Shown here: one piece after another, positions 7,894-16,975 of the stretch
Layout of the letters: every line of letters starts with the position of its first letter
Position numbering within the stretch: the stretch's first letter is position 1
Notes under the pieces: generated by a model
What the model saw: the letters and a program-made list of their open reading frames with translations, nothing else
Told to the model about the DNA's origin: nothing
Databases searched by the model: none
Made by a program: the position numbers and the translations under genes
DNA from: a virus
Taxonomy: Duplodnaviria > Heunggongvirae > Uroviricota > Caudoviricetes
Virus record (IMG/VR): IMGVR_UViG_2778261068_000007
Coordinates: 1 to 37,264 of that record
Reading direction: 5' to 3' (one strand)
DNA: 37,264 nucleotides

Positions 7894-8853
7894 ATGAAAA
7901 TTTGCATCGACGACGGCTCCACCAACATCAAGCTGGCATGGACTGAGAACGGCGAACGCCGCAACGCCATCAGCCCGAACAGCTTCAAGTCGGAATGGTC
8001 TGCGCCGTTCGGTGGCACACAGCCCGCGAACTACATGCTTGATGGCGTGCGCTATGGTTTTGATCCGGTCAGCGATCGCTTTGTCCAGACGACCGACACG
8101 CAATACCAGTACAGCGATGTGAATGTCATTGCCATTCATCACGCGCTGGTCAAATCAGGTATCACACCACAGGAAGTGGACGTGGTTGTCACTCTGCCAC
8201 TGAGCGAGTATTTCGATACAAACGCACAGCCGGACATGGCCAACATCAACCGCAAAAAAGCGAATGTCCTGCGCCCTGTGGAGTACCAGAACGGTGAAGC
8301 ATTCACTATCCGCAACGTGCGGGTTATGCCTGAATCCATTCCGGCTGGCTTTAAGGCACTGGCTGACATGAGTCCGTTTGAATCCCTGCTGATTGTGGAT
8401 TTAGGCGGAACAACGCTGGATGTGGCAAAGGTTCAGGGGCAACTGGCAGGCATCAGCCAGGTGTTTTGCGATCCACACGTAGGCGTTTCCCTGATGGCTG
8501 ATGCCGTGCTGTCGGTGATGGCCACTAACGGTATGCGTACCAGTCACCACATCGCCAATACCATTATTGAGCACCGTCACGATGAAGCCTGGCTACGCCA
8601 GCACATTCACAATGACGCGCATTACAACAGCCTGATGGCGGTTATTCGTGAAAAGGAGGAGACACTAAAACAACGCGTGATCCGCGCACTCGCGGGCTTT
8701 TCGGGTTACGGGCGGGTGCTGGTTGTCGGTGGAGGAGCGGAGATTGTGGCACCCGCAGTCCGTGAAATCTATGGAGTCAATGCGAATTTCATCACAGACG
8801 GGGTGCCACAGTTTGCTCTGGTTAACGGTCTGTACGCTATGGATAAGGAGTAA
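7894..8853 (+). CDS. parM: Actin-like segregation ATPase, ParM/StbA family
   Basis: N-terminus MKICIDDGSTNIKLAW closely matches remembered R1 ParM (MLVFIDDGSTNIKLQW); further shared blocks ISPNSFK.EW, YSDVNV.A.HHAL, LPL.E, VDLGGTT; RBS aaggaaaa upstream. Confidence 0.8.
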   Translation: MKICIDDGSTNIKLAWTENGERRNAISPNSFKSEWSAPFGGTQPANYMLDGVRYGFDPVSDRFVQTTDTQYQYSDVNVIAIHHALVKSGITPQEVDVVVTLPLSEYFDTNAQPDMANINRKKANVLRPVEYQNGEAFTIRNVRVMPESIPAGFKALADMSPFESLLIVDLGGTTLDVAKVQGQLAGISQVFCDPHVGVSLMADAVLSVMATNGMRTSHHIANTIIEHRHDEAWLRQHIHNDAHYNSLMAVIREKEETLKQRVIRALAGFSGYGRVLVVGGGAEIVAPAVREIYGVNANFITDGVPQFALVNGLYAMDKE

Positions 8854-8859
8854 CCCTCC

Positions 8860-9171
8860 ATGGCGACATTAACCAGAAGAATAAGTTTCTATCTGAAGCC
8901 AGCCGCCGTCAAGAACGAAGGCAAAGCATGCGCCTGGCTGGACAGCCTTACACCAGAAGCCCGCAAAAGCGGCCAACGCGTGGCTTTTCTGGCCGGGCTG
9001 GCACTTCTGAAAATGAATCCGGCAGAGGCTTACCGACTGGCTGCATGGGCTGATGATGAGGCGTTATCAGTGACACAAACCAGGGCAGAACGCCACATGT
9101 TACAGCCAGCGCCCACCGCACAGATAACCAGTCAGATAGCTGGAAATATCCGGGCGTTATTTCCCGAATAA
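8860..9171 (+). CDS. parR: ParR/StbB-like centromere-binding adaptor
   Basis: 103 aa immediately downstream of parM with RBS aaggag; RRISFYLKP...AWLDSLTPEARKSGQRVAFLAGLALL...IRALFPE parallels remembered ParR (RTIAFKLNP...DTLDSIPQGERSRLNRAALTAGLALY...LRSLFPKE). Confidence 0.65.
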   Translation: MATLTRRISFYLKPAAVKNEGKACAWLDSLTPEARKSGQRVAFLAGLALLKMNPAEAYRLAAWADDEALSVTQTRAERHMLQPAPTAQITSQIAGNIRALFPE

Positions 9172-9234
9172 CACAACATCAGGGCGCATCCGCCCTGATG
9201 ACTTTAATCCGGGAACATAAACAAGGGGGACACA

Positions 9235-9576
9235 ATGCAACACATTGACAGAGAAAAAGCGCAGCGACTGATTGAGCGGATGGAAGCGCTGGCGAAAGAA
9301 GAAAATGTCAACATCCAAAAAATAGCAGAATGTGGCCAGATAGTTCTTCGTCGTGAAAAAGACATCAAGCAACTGATGTCTGGCGAAACCAGCAAAACAC
9401 GGATTCCAGGCGAGAAAACGATTTATTGTAGCTTCTGCAATAAATCCCAGTACGAAGTCACAAAGGTGATTGCCGGACCGTCTGTTTACATCTGCAATGA
9501 GTGCGTGGATTTGTGCAATGAAATTATCAGGAGAGAAGCGACTGACCATGAAGAAGCGCGGAGATGCAACGATTAA
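9235..9576 (+). CDS. ClpX N-terminal zinc-binding-domain (ZBD)-only protein
   Basis: C-terminal half [40 protein letters not shown] is near-identical in pattern to the remembered ClpX N-domain ([40 protein letters not shown]), including the C4 zinc ligands; no AAA+ module follows. Confidence 0.7.
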   Translation: MQHIDREKAQRLIERMEALAKEENVNIQKIAECGQIVLRREKDIKQLMSGETSKTRIPGEKTIYCSFCNKSQYEVTKVIAGPSVYICNECVDLCNEIIRREATDHEEARRCND

Positions 9577-9644
9577 GTCGGGTAATGATATTGAGCAGGC
9601 GACTCACTGGATGCCGATGCCAGAAGCGTTTCAGGAGGTTAACC

Positions 9645-9920
9645 GTGGCTAACCTGCAACTTGCCGTCAAAGGTGAATACTTCGATGCCATGATTCGCGG
9701 AGAGAAAACAGAAGAGTATCGCCTGGTTAATTCATACTGGTCTCGCCGTATATTGGATAAGAGCTATGATCGATTGATTATTACTAAGGGGTATCCGAAA
9801 CGCGACGATTTAAGCCGCAGAATTGATGTCCCATATGGGGGATATGAGATCAAGGTGATAACACATCCACATTTTGGACCAGAGCCAGTAAAAGTATTTG
9901 CTATTAAGTTGACTCAATGA
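9645..9920 (+). CDS. ASCH/PUA-like small protein
   Basis: GTG start at 9645 with strong RBS aggagg 6 nt upstream (track ORF starts at 9564); KGEYFDAMIRGEKTEEYR resembles ASCH-type motifs; family assignment tentative. Confidence 0.45.
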   Translation: MANLQLAVKGEYFDAMIRGEKTEEYRLVNSYWSRRILDKSYDRLIITKGYPKRDDLSRRIDVPYGGYEIKVITHPHFGPEPVKVFAIKLTQ

Positions 9921-10180
9921 CCGATACCACTAAGAAAAAGACGTTAAATAACATACATGAAAAGTATGATTATTTTACGGATACCGCTTGCTTGCTGACA
10001 TCTGAAGAACAAAAGATAGCCCAACTTTTAGGCGATGCATGGAACCTGTATTTAACATTGCCAGTTGAGCATCCAATGGGTAGAGATGAATTTTGCCGGG
10101 CAATTCATCATTGCCAAAATATGGTGTTGGCACGCCCTGCCATCAGGGCGCTGGCCAGTAAGGGGCAAGGCTATAAATAG
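9917..10180 (+). CDS. Hypothetical protein
   Basis: 87-aa ORF overlapping the upstream stop (ATGA), followed by a terminator. Confidence 0.4.
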   Translation: MTDTTKKKTLNNIHEKYDYFTDTACLLTSEEQKIAQLLGDAWNLYLTLPVEHPMGRDEFCRAIHHCQNMVLARPAIRALASKGQGYK

Positions 10181-10186
10181 ATGAGC

Positions 10187-10214
10187 AAAACGCCCTCCTC
10201 CAGGGCGTTTATTT
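10187..10214 (+). terminator. Rho-independent terminator ending the early/accessory operon
   Basis: aacgccct-cctcc-agggcgtt stem-loop followed by TTTATTT. Confidence 0.6.
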
Positions 10215-10494
10215 CAATGCACAATAGTGCACAAATTTGCACAATTTTTTTGAACAACTTTTTACCCTTCCGGCCCGCGTGGCGGCTGGATCCGTCAAGG
10301 ATCCGTGCATGCACAAAAAAACGCATTTTTTCTGCGCGCAGGTGACGGGGGAACAGCCCGCGTTTCAGGGGGTAAATAGCATTCCCTGAGCGATGTCGCA
10401 GCGACACAACAGAATGGCTGTATTTCTCACGCTGAGCGTGAAAAAGACGTAAGGGTTTTTGATTTGATGGGTTGAAAGGTAAGGCCGTCAAAAT

Positions 10495-10525
10495 CGCACT
10501 GAGGCGGCAGGAACATGCAGTCAAC
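10495..10525. other. Candidate cos (cohesive end) site
   Basis: gaggcggcaggaacatgc (10501-10518) resembles the remembered P2/186 cos core (GGCGAGGCGGGGAAAGCAC); lies in the 450-bp non-coding gap next to the portal gene, as in P2. Confidence 0.25.
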
Positions 10526-10668
10526 GCGGTGGGATTGCGTAAGAGCCTGACCGTCGATGATGGCAATAAGCTGGAAGGCGTCGTGAAATTATCTGACTGA
10601 TACAGGAGCTGGAGAGTCGGGGCATAAATTTTTTATGCCCCGGCGAAGCAGCAGACAAGCGAAGCGCG

Positions 10669-11715
10669 TCAGGCTGTGGGCTGGGTGTCTAACAGTGCGT
10701 AAGGGTTAAAGCGGATCACCTCTTCGCCAAGCCAGTCATTGATGTGCTTCATGGCCTCCATGACGGGCATCAGCTCGTTAATTGCGTAAACCCGCGCGGC
10801 CTTCTCCACATCACCGAACGCACTTTTTTCACCCGGCATCGCCCCCATCAGTTGCGGTGGAACGCGGTGCGCAGCCAGCACATCATCACGGGATGCAGCC
10901 TTAACATTCATGAACTCATCCTTTGCGGTGATCTGCTGGAACGGCAAAATTTGCACCCCCTCTTTGCCCCCGTTGGGCGCATGAATGAGCACGTTTTTAA
11001 ACGCACCACCACCACGTGCACCCTGTAGCGTTTCTTTCAGGGAGTCCATGCTTTCGCGGTTTACCTGCGCTGCACCGATGTAGATGATGCACCCGGCGTG
11101 GGATCCGTTGTCGTAATACAGTTTTCTGAACATGTCCGCCGAATGAGACAGGCTGGCCGAGAGTAATGCGCCGAGATATTCCGGCATGCCGTAGATTTCC
11201 TGGTTAATGTCAGGATTCATCAGGTGGCACACTTTGCCAGGGCGAAACTGAAACGCGTCCTTACCATCCTGCACATACCACCATGATTCAAGATCGCTTC
11301 CGCGTCGCATGTATTTCGCCAGGGCGTGCCGTAATTTAAGCGGTTCGCCGAGCATATTGCTTCGAAGCTCAAGGAATGCGTTACCGAACACAAACCAGTC
11401 CAGCGCCAGCGCCGAGAAATCCTGCCGGGAAAGCAGCGGGTGCGGAATATAGCAGCCGAGCAATACATTGCGCTTAAAGTAAAGCGCAGACTGATGCCAG
11501 GACGTTTGCCGGGCAGCTCTTGCCAGACCGTACCAGTCCACCGGGGTTTCATACCATCGCCCGTTATCGGCACAGTACATATTGTCCAGTAAATCATGCC
11601 CGGTCAGGCGGTAAGGGCCGTCAAATGTGAATGCACTGAGCGACGATTCTTTCCTGAGCGCATCAGCGAGATCAATGCGTGAACTCATGCGCACTTTTTT
11701 ATTTTTTCTGCTCAT
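10669..11715 (-). CDS. Q: Portal protein, P2 gpQ-like
   Basis: 348 aa (P2 Q about 344 aa), immediately downstream of the terminase gene on the - strand. Confidence 0.85.
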   Translation of the reverse strand: MSRKNKKVRMSSRIDLADALRKESSLSAFTFDGPYRLTGHDLLDNMYCADNGRWYETPVDWYGLARAARQTSWHQSALYFKRNVLLGCYIPHPLLSRQDFSALALDWFVFGNAFLELRSNMLGEPLKLRHALAKYMRRGSDLESWWYVQDGKDAFQFRPGKVCHLMNPDINQEIYGMPEYLGALLSASLSHSADMFRKLYYDNGSHAGCIIYIGAAQVNRESMDSLKETLQGARGGGAFKNVLIHAPNGGKEGVQILPFQQITAKDEFMNVKAASRDDVLAAHRVPPQLMGAMPGEKSAFGDVEKAARVYAINELMPVMEAMKHINDWLGEEVIRFNPYALLDTQPTA

Positions 11716-13466
11716 CAGAACTCCATAACCGTGAAACGCTCGTTTTCTCCTTCGCCGCCAATCGGTTCGTTAATGACAGCAAGCATGGTTGCCCACGCAA
11801 GGTCGCCGTGGCTGATCCCCCTCGCGCGGTCCGTTTCGTAAGTGATAAAGCCGCCCGGTGTTTTCACCTTACGCACGGCGTTAAAGGCCGCGACCAGCTC
11901 CCGTTCGGCGCGATCGTATTCCCAGCGCCCGGCACGCATTATTTGCAGCATTTTCAGTACCAGCGACCGTTTTGATGACAGCGTGAAGGTGTACGGAATA
12001 GCAGCAGGGAAAAACCGTTTCACTATCTGATAAACAGCCTCCCCGTTCCCGCCCGTCACATCAATGCCGATGTGTTCCACGTTGTAGCGATACGTAAACT
12101 CTTCAATGACTCTGGCCTGTTCTTCAAACTCCAGCCCCTGAACGCGTCGCGTCTCCACCGTTCGAAAACGGCCACCAGGAACAGCCGGAGGAACCACCAC
12201 GGACACTGCGCCGCTGTCGCCGTTTCCACTGCTGCCGTTTGCGTCATATCCAATCCATACCGGACGATTCCCCATCGGGCGGGGAGCAAAAGGTTTCCAG
12301 TCTTTCCAGTCGTCGTATCCGTCAACGCCGCAGCCAATCAGGATATTCAGGTTAAATGCCGATTCCCCTTCGCGGACAAATTCACACATATAGAGATTGA
12401 GGAACTCGTCTTCGGTGTTTTCATCACGAATTTCATCAATATCGGTGTGTTTCCAGCCGTGATTAACCACATCTTCCAGCGTGACAATCTGCCGCCACGT
12501 CCGGTCAGGGCAGATAAGCCCGTTATGCAGCGTTTTCCAGTCCACAGAAAAACGCTGGCGTTTATGCGTGGCCTTTTTCTCGTTCCAGCGGTCGCCGTTC
12601 CAGTAGGCGTATGCCTCGTGCGTTTCGGTGGATGGCGTGGAGAAGTAGGTGCGCCGCAGTCCGCTGAGGGTTGCCATAGCGCCAGCCACCTTGCGCAGTT
12701 CAGCAAAGCGACTGACCCAGAAAAATTCATCAAAATAAAAATTGCCCGTATAGGACTGTGCCGACGCAGCAGAAGTGCCGAGAAAATGCAGCTCTGCGCC
12801 GTTGGAGAGGATGATTTTATCGCCCCCTTTCAGCTCCACATCAACTTCAGCCGCGGCCTTCTGAATAATGCTTTTAAACTGGAACGCCTGACGACGCGAC
12901 GCAGACAAAAAAATCTGGTTACGCTGGTAAGGTTGCGCCACATCGTCACGCAGCGCCATCAGCAGCGCTTCCTGTGCAAAATACCAGGTCGCCCCAATCT
13001 GTCGGGATTTCAGGATCATCCTGTTACGTATCCCGGCTTCCCTGCAAAGGGTCAGGGAGTCAAACCAGCCCCGCTGATGCCACTCCAGCCTGCTGATGAT
13101 TTTTTCCCGCAGTGCGGCAATCTGTTCCGGCGTGAAATGATTTTTAATTTTTTTCGCCCGGCCTTTCTTTCCTGTGGCCGTCGCATCCGGCTGGCCATCA
13201 TGCAGTTTTTTAAGCTGCCGGGTCAGCAGGTCTATTTCCTTGAAGTCACCACCTGTTTTATTCTGTTTTTCAGTAAGCTGAATGAGGCGCGCATCGATGG
13301 ACTGCGTGACACGCTGCACGGGTGGCGTTTCATCCCACTGGTCGCGTTTTTTCCACGCATAAATCGTGTTCGGGTTTATTCCCATCAGACGTGATATTTC
13401 TGCGGGCGGGTAACCCTGCCAGTAAAGTTGCCGCGCACGCTGGCGCACAAAAGCGTCCTGAATCAT
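11715..13466 (-). CDS. P: Terminase large (ATPase) subunit, P2 gpP-like
   Basis: 583 aa (P2 P about 590 aa), divergent from the capsid operon as in P2. Confidence 0.85.
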   Translation of the reverse strand: MIQDAFVRQRARQLYWQGYPPAEISRLMGINPNTIYAWKKRDQWDETPPVQRVTQSIDARLIQLTEKQNKTGGDFKEIDLLTRQLKKLHDGQPDATATGKKGRAKKIKNHFTPEQIAALREKIISRLEWHQRGWFDSLTLCREAGIRNRMILKSRQIGATWYFAQEALLMALRDDVAQPYQRNQIFLSASRRQAFQFKSIIQKAAAEVDVELKGGDKIILSNGAELHFLGTSAASAQSYTGNFYFDEFFWVSRFAELRKVAGAMATLSGLRRTYFSTPSTETHEAYAYWNGDRWNEKKATHKRQRFSVDWKTLHNGLICPDRTWRQIVTLEDVVNHGWKHTDIDEIRDENTEDEFLNLYMCEFVREGESAFNLNILIGCGVDGYDDWKDWKPFAPRPMGNRPVWIGYDANGSSGNGDSGAVSVVVPPAVPGGRFRTVETRRVQGLEFEEQARVIEEFTYRYNVEHIGIDVTGGNGEAVYQIVKRFFPAAIPYTFTLSSKRSLVLKMLQIMRAGRWEYDRAERELVAAFNAVRKVKTPGGFITYETDRARGISHGDLAWATMLAVINEPIGGEGENERFTVMEF

Positions 13467-13620
13467 TGCTCCCCCTGAGTAATTACAGGAAGATTACCCG
13501 CGCGCGAAACTGTTCTCCTTAACCCCCTGTTCTGGCCGTTTTCTTACAACAAAAGCCCTTTGTATCAGCCTGTTACGCTTTGCCATCATGACTGAAGAAC
13601 CAGTCAGAGGGGCAAAAACT
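13467..13620. promoter_or_regulatory. Divergent late promoter region (P-Q leftward, O-N-M rightward)
   Basis: 154-bp gap between divergent late operons; TGT...ACA-like elements (tgttctggccgttttcttacaaca) could be Ogr sites, but no exact TGT-N12-ACA consensus was confirmed. Confidence 0.35.
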
Positions 13621-14457
13621 ATGGCTAATGAAAAAAAGACATCCCGCAAAAAGTTTCGCGTGGCTGTCTCCGGTGTAACGGCAGACGGGCGCGAAATCAA
13701 CGGCGACATGCTGAAAGCTGCCGCCACCAGTTATAACCCGTCCGTTTATGGTGCGCGTGTGAATATTGAGCACATCCTGTCACCACTCCCCGGTAGCGAG
13801 TTTTCCGCTATGGGCGATGTTGTGGGGTTGAGCACCGAAGACATAACCGATGGCCCGCTGGCAGGTCGCACGGCACTGTATGCCGAAATTGAGCCGACCG
13901 CTCGCATGATGTCCCTGCTTAACGATGGTAAAAAAATTTACTCCAGTATTGAGCTGGAACCTCAGTCAACCATCACGGGAGGCCCTTACCTGCGCGGGCT
14001 GGCAATGACCGACACCCCTGCCAGCCTGGGCACGGAACGTCTGGCCTTTGCGGCACAACAACGTATGCAACTGATGACATTCAACTGTCAGCAGGGAGAC
14101 GTGGCGATGTTTACCGCCGCTATGGAGTCAGAACTTATCGAACTCACCGAACAACGTCAGGAAGAAGGCACCCAGTGGTTTAACCGCGTTATGGGGATTA
14201 TTGGCCGTGGACGCAAAGCGGATGACGCCAGTTTCTCCCGTATTCAGGAAGCGGTGGAAGGTGTCGCAACGTCACAGGCCGACATTATCGACCGTTTTAA
14301 TGTGCTGGAAACCCGCCATCAGCAGGACAGCCAGAAAATCACTTTACTGACCACAGAGCTGGCAGCACTGAAGGAAAAACTGCGCACGCAGGACGGCGAT
14401 CCGCAGAACCGGTTCACCGCAACGGGCGCTGCCTCCGACCAGCTGGCTGACTTCTGA
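13621..14457 (+). CDS. O: Capsid scaffolding protein, P2 gpO-like
   Basis: SRKKFRVAVSGVTADGREINGDMLK...YGARVNIEHI parallels remembered gpO (SKFFRIGVEGDTCDGRVISAQDIQ...YGCRINLEHL); start at ATG 13621 with RBS gagggg. Confidence 0.9.
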   Translation: MANEKKTSRKKFRVAVSGVTADGREINGDMLKAAATSYNPSVYGARVNIEHILSPLPGSEFSAMGDVVGLSTEDITDGPLAGRTALYAEIEPTARMMSLLNDGKKIYSSIELEPQSTITGGPYLRGLAMTDTPASLGTERLAFAAQQRMQLMTFNCQQGDVAMFTAAMESELIELTEQRQEEGTQWFNRVMGIIGRGRKADDASFSRIQEAVEGVATSQADIIDRFNVLETRHQQDSQKITLLTTELAALKEKLRTQDGDPQNRFTATGAASDQLADF

Positions 14458-14480
14458 TAAGACAAAGGAGCAAATTTTTT

Positions 14481-15533
14481 ATGAATCTGGTGATGTCAGA
14501 TATTACCCGCAACAAGCTGGGTTGCTATATGGCGCAGCAGGCGTCGCTTAACAATATCCCGGTTTCCGCACTGGTATCGCGATTTACCGTGGAACCCTCG
14601 GTACAGCAGCGTTTTGAAAACGCCTCAAAGGAAAGCACCGAATTTACAAAAAGAATTAACGTGATCGGCGTGACCGACCAGAAAGGCGAAAAAATCCTCC
14701 TGGATACCACCGGGCCGATTGCGCGCACGAATACCAGTTATGACGGCACAAAACGCCGTAACCCGAATAACGTGGTTGATCTGAAAAACCGCAAATACCA
14801 GTGCGAACAGGTGAACTACGACACGTTTATTTCATATCCGCAGCTTGATGCCTGGGCGGCACACCCTGATTTTCAGTCCCGCATCAGCGCACAGATTGCC
14901 CGACAGGTGGCACTTGACCGCATCATGATCGGTTTCAACGGCACGTCTCACGCGGATGAGTCCAACTTCAGCACCAACAAGTTGCTTCAGGACGTTAACG
15001 TGGGGTGGCTGGAGCACATCAGAACCGACGCCAGCGAACGCGTTATGAATGACGTGACGCTGACCTCCCGTAACATGGACAACACCGTGGCGCACGCGGG
15101 TAAGTATGCGAACGCTGATGCTCTGGTACAGGACGCGCGCTCATCCCTGCTGGATGAATGGCACAAGGAAGCTGACGACCTCGTGGTGATTATGGGGCGC
15201 AACCTGTTTAACTCGCTGCGTCTGCCCGTGCTGAACAGCATCAGCGGCCAGAATCCCAATGCGGAATTACTCGCCGGGCAGCTCATTCTGTCATCGCGCA
15301 CCATTGGCGGGCTGGGCGTGTTCCTTGCGCCATTCTTCCCGGATTCAACGATGCTGATCACCTCGTTCAACAACCTGTCGATTTACTGGCAGAAAGGTTC
15401 AATGCGTCGTCTGATGAAAGACGAACCGGAATACAACCGCATCGCCACCTACCAGTCCATCAATGACGCTTATGTCGTTGAAGACTATGGCAAGTGCGCG
15501 ATGGTCACTGGCCTGAAGTTCGCCGACAGCTAA
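14481..15533 (+). CDS. N: Major capsid protein, P2 gpN-like
   Basis: Shared blocks FTVEPSV, GEKI, KYQCEQVNYDTFISY, IMIGFNGT, LQDVNVGWL, LVVIMGR, MLITSFNNLSIY, DYVVEDYG versus remembered gpN. Confidence 0.9.
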   Translation: MNLVMSDITRNKLGCYMAQQASLNNIPVSALVSRFTVEPSVQQRFENASKESTEFTKRINVIGVTDQKGEKILLDTTGPIARTNTSYDGTKRRNPNNVVDLKNRKYQCEQVNYDTFISYPQLDAWAAHPDFQSRISAQIARQVALDRIMIGFNGTSHADESNFSTNKLLQDVNVGWLEHIRTDASERVMNDVTLTSRNMDNTVAHAGKYANADALVQDARSSLLDEWHKEADDLVVIMGRNLFNSLRLPVLNSISGQNPNAELLAGQLILSSRTIGGLGVFLAPFFPDSTMLITSFNNLSIYWQKGSMRRLMKDEPEYNRIATYQSINDAYVVEDYGKCAMVTGLKFADS

Positions 15534-15550
15534 TCAACTCACGGCGGGCA

Positions 15551-15569
15551 TCATGCCCGCCTGTAACGG
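15551..15569 (+). terminator. Stem-loop after the capsid gene (possible attenuator)
   Basis: ggcgggcat-c-atgcccgcc perfect hairpin between N and M; no clear T-run. Confidence 0.4.
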
Positions 15570-15578
15570 AGAGAAAAA

Positions 15579-16379
15579 ATGATTACTCCTGCACAGCAAC
15601 ACTGGCAGAACGTGATGGCACAGCGCGCAGGCCGGGCGAATGAAGGCGTGGACCACGCCGCGCGTACCGCGCATGAAGAGGTGCTGTATCGTCTGCGTCT
15701 GGCACAGGCCCGGCTTAAGGGCGTACAGGCCAGAAGCGCGAAAGCCGCCATCAAAAAAGAGTTGTTGCCGGACTTTTCCGGCTGGATTGAGGGAACGCTG
15801 GAGGCTGACGGAGGGCAGCAGGACGAAGTGATTGCCACGCTGATGGTGTGGGCGATTGACTGCGGCGATCTTCCGCTGGCGCTGCATATTGGTGCGTATG
15901 TGGTCCGTCACAACCTCATCATGCCGGATAACTTTGGCCGTACTGCTGCCACGGTTCTGACCGAAGAAATCTGCAACCCGGTACTGACGCAGGCCGGGAC
16001 GGATGCCGACGCGGATTTATCCGCCTTTATCGAACCACTGGACACCCTCCGGGAGATTGTCACCGACCAGGACATGCCGGACGAAGTGCGCGCCAAATTA
16101 TGCAAGGCGTGCGCCTTTGCCCGTCGTGGTCTGACCGATGCAGACAACATGGCCTTATCACTGAAGCTGCTGCGCGAAGCGATGCACCTGAACCCGAACG
16201 CAGGTGTGAAACGCGAGATTGCAACCCTTTCCCGCGCCCTGAAAAAAGCCGATTCCGCAGCCGCCCCAGAAGACGCCAGCGCACAGCAGGCGCAGGACGA
16301 AAGCAGCAAAAGTAAAAAGACAACGCGGAAGCCTGCAACACGAAAAACCACCGCGACGCAGAAGGCGAAGCGCGGTTAA
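15579..16379 (+). CDS. M: Terminase small (endonuclease) subunit, P2 gpM-like
   Basis: MITPAQQHW..., KKELLP, DMPDEVRAKL and AGVKREI blocks match remembered gpM; basic C-terminal tail. Confidence 0.9.
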   Translation: MITPAQQHWQNVMAQRAGRANEGVDHAARTAHEEVLYRLRLAQARLKGVQARSAKAAIKKELLPDFSGWIEGTLEADGGQQDEVIATLMVWAIDCGDLPLALHIGAYVVRHNLIMPDNFGRTAATVLTEEICNPVLTQAGTDADADLSAFIEPLDTLREIVTDQDMPDEVRAKLCKACAFARRGLTDADNMALSLKLLREAMHLNPNAGVKREIATLSRALKKADSAAAPEDASAQQAQDESSKSKKTTRKPATRKTTATQKAKRG

Positions 16380-16480
16380 CGACTGACCCCGTCAGCGGGC
16401 GGCGTGCGCGGTGTTCCGGTTTGACTCCGTGACCGTTTACACCACGCACCCACCGCCCGATTTTTTCAGGAGTGAACCCC

Positions 16481-16975
16481 ATGAGTATGGTTGCCAGAAC
16501 CGAAACCCGCCCCGCAGAGGATGACATCACTGATACCGATGATGGCGACACCCGCATTTCTGCGGGGGCATTCTGGCCGGATATTGTGCTGCGTGAGCTG
16601 CGTCTGGCGGTACGACTGCCAGGCCGCGTGACCACCTCCCGCCTGCTGCATACCGCCACCGGGGCGGTGGCCCACGTTACCCGTGAGCTGGAAGCGTGGC
16701 AGCAGGAACAGCAGGCAGCCGGACACGAAACACTGGCCGATGTCCCGGCGCCATTAATTAACGGAGAAAGCGTCAATCTCTGGCACTGGCGCAATGCGGT
16801 TTATACCGCCACCCGTGCCCTGATTCTGGAGCGTTACCGCGATGCGGACACAACGGATAAGGGCGAGCGCCGGGCAGATGCACTGGACGCACAGGCTGCG
16901 GACCTGTGGCGCGATGTGAGCTGGGCCATCTCTGACATTCTGGGAAGGCCACGAATGTTTGCGGAGCTGTGCTGA
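16481..16975 (+). CDS. L: Head completion protein, P2 gpL-like
   Basis: Position after M; ATG 16481 with RBS aggag (track ORF starts at an upstream GTG); stop overlaps the X start. Confidence 0.8.
   Translation: MSMVARTETRPAEDDITDTDDGDTRISAGAFWPDIVLRELRLAVRLPGRVTTSRLLHTATGAVAHVTRELEAWQQEQQAAGHETLADVPAPLINGESVNLWHWRNAVYTATRALILERYRDADTTDKGERRADALDAQAADLWRDVSWAISDILGRPRMFAELC

Noticed and set aside
9564-9644. Upstream extension of the ASCH-like ORF
   Set aside because: The extension overlaps the end of the ClpX-ZBD gene in another frame, whereas the GTG at 9645 has a near-ideal aggagg RBS; the short form was chosen.
10171-10566. 131-aa - strand ORF in the cos region
   Set aside because: No RBS, lies in the non-coding region expected to hold cos, and has no recognisable features; treated as chance ORF.
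12072-13394. 440-aa ORF on the + strand
   Set aside because: Lies antisense to the terminase large-subunit gene, whose - strand product has the expected size and position; the + strand protein is low-complexity and Arg/Pro-rich, typical of a spurious antisense ORF in GC-rich coding DNA.
15908-16794. 147-aa and 244-aa - strand ORFs
   Set aside because: Antisense to the M and L genes, both of which have homology and correct synteny on the + strand.
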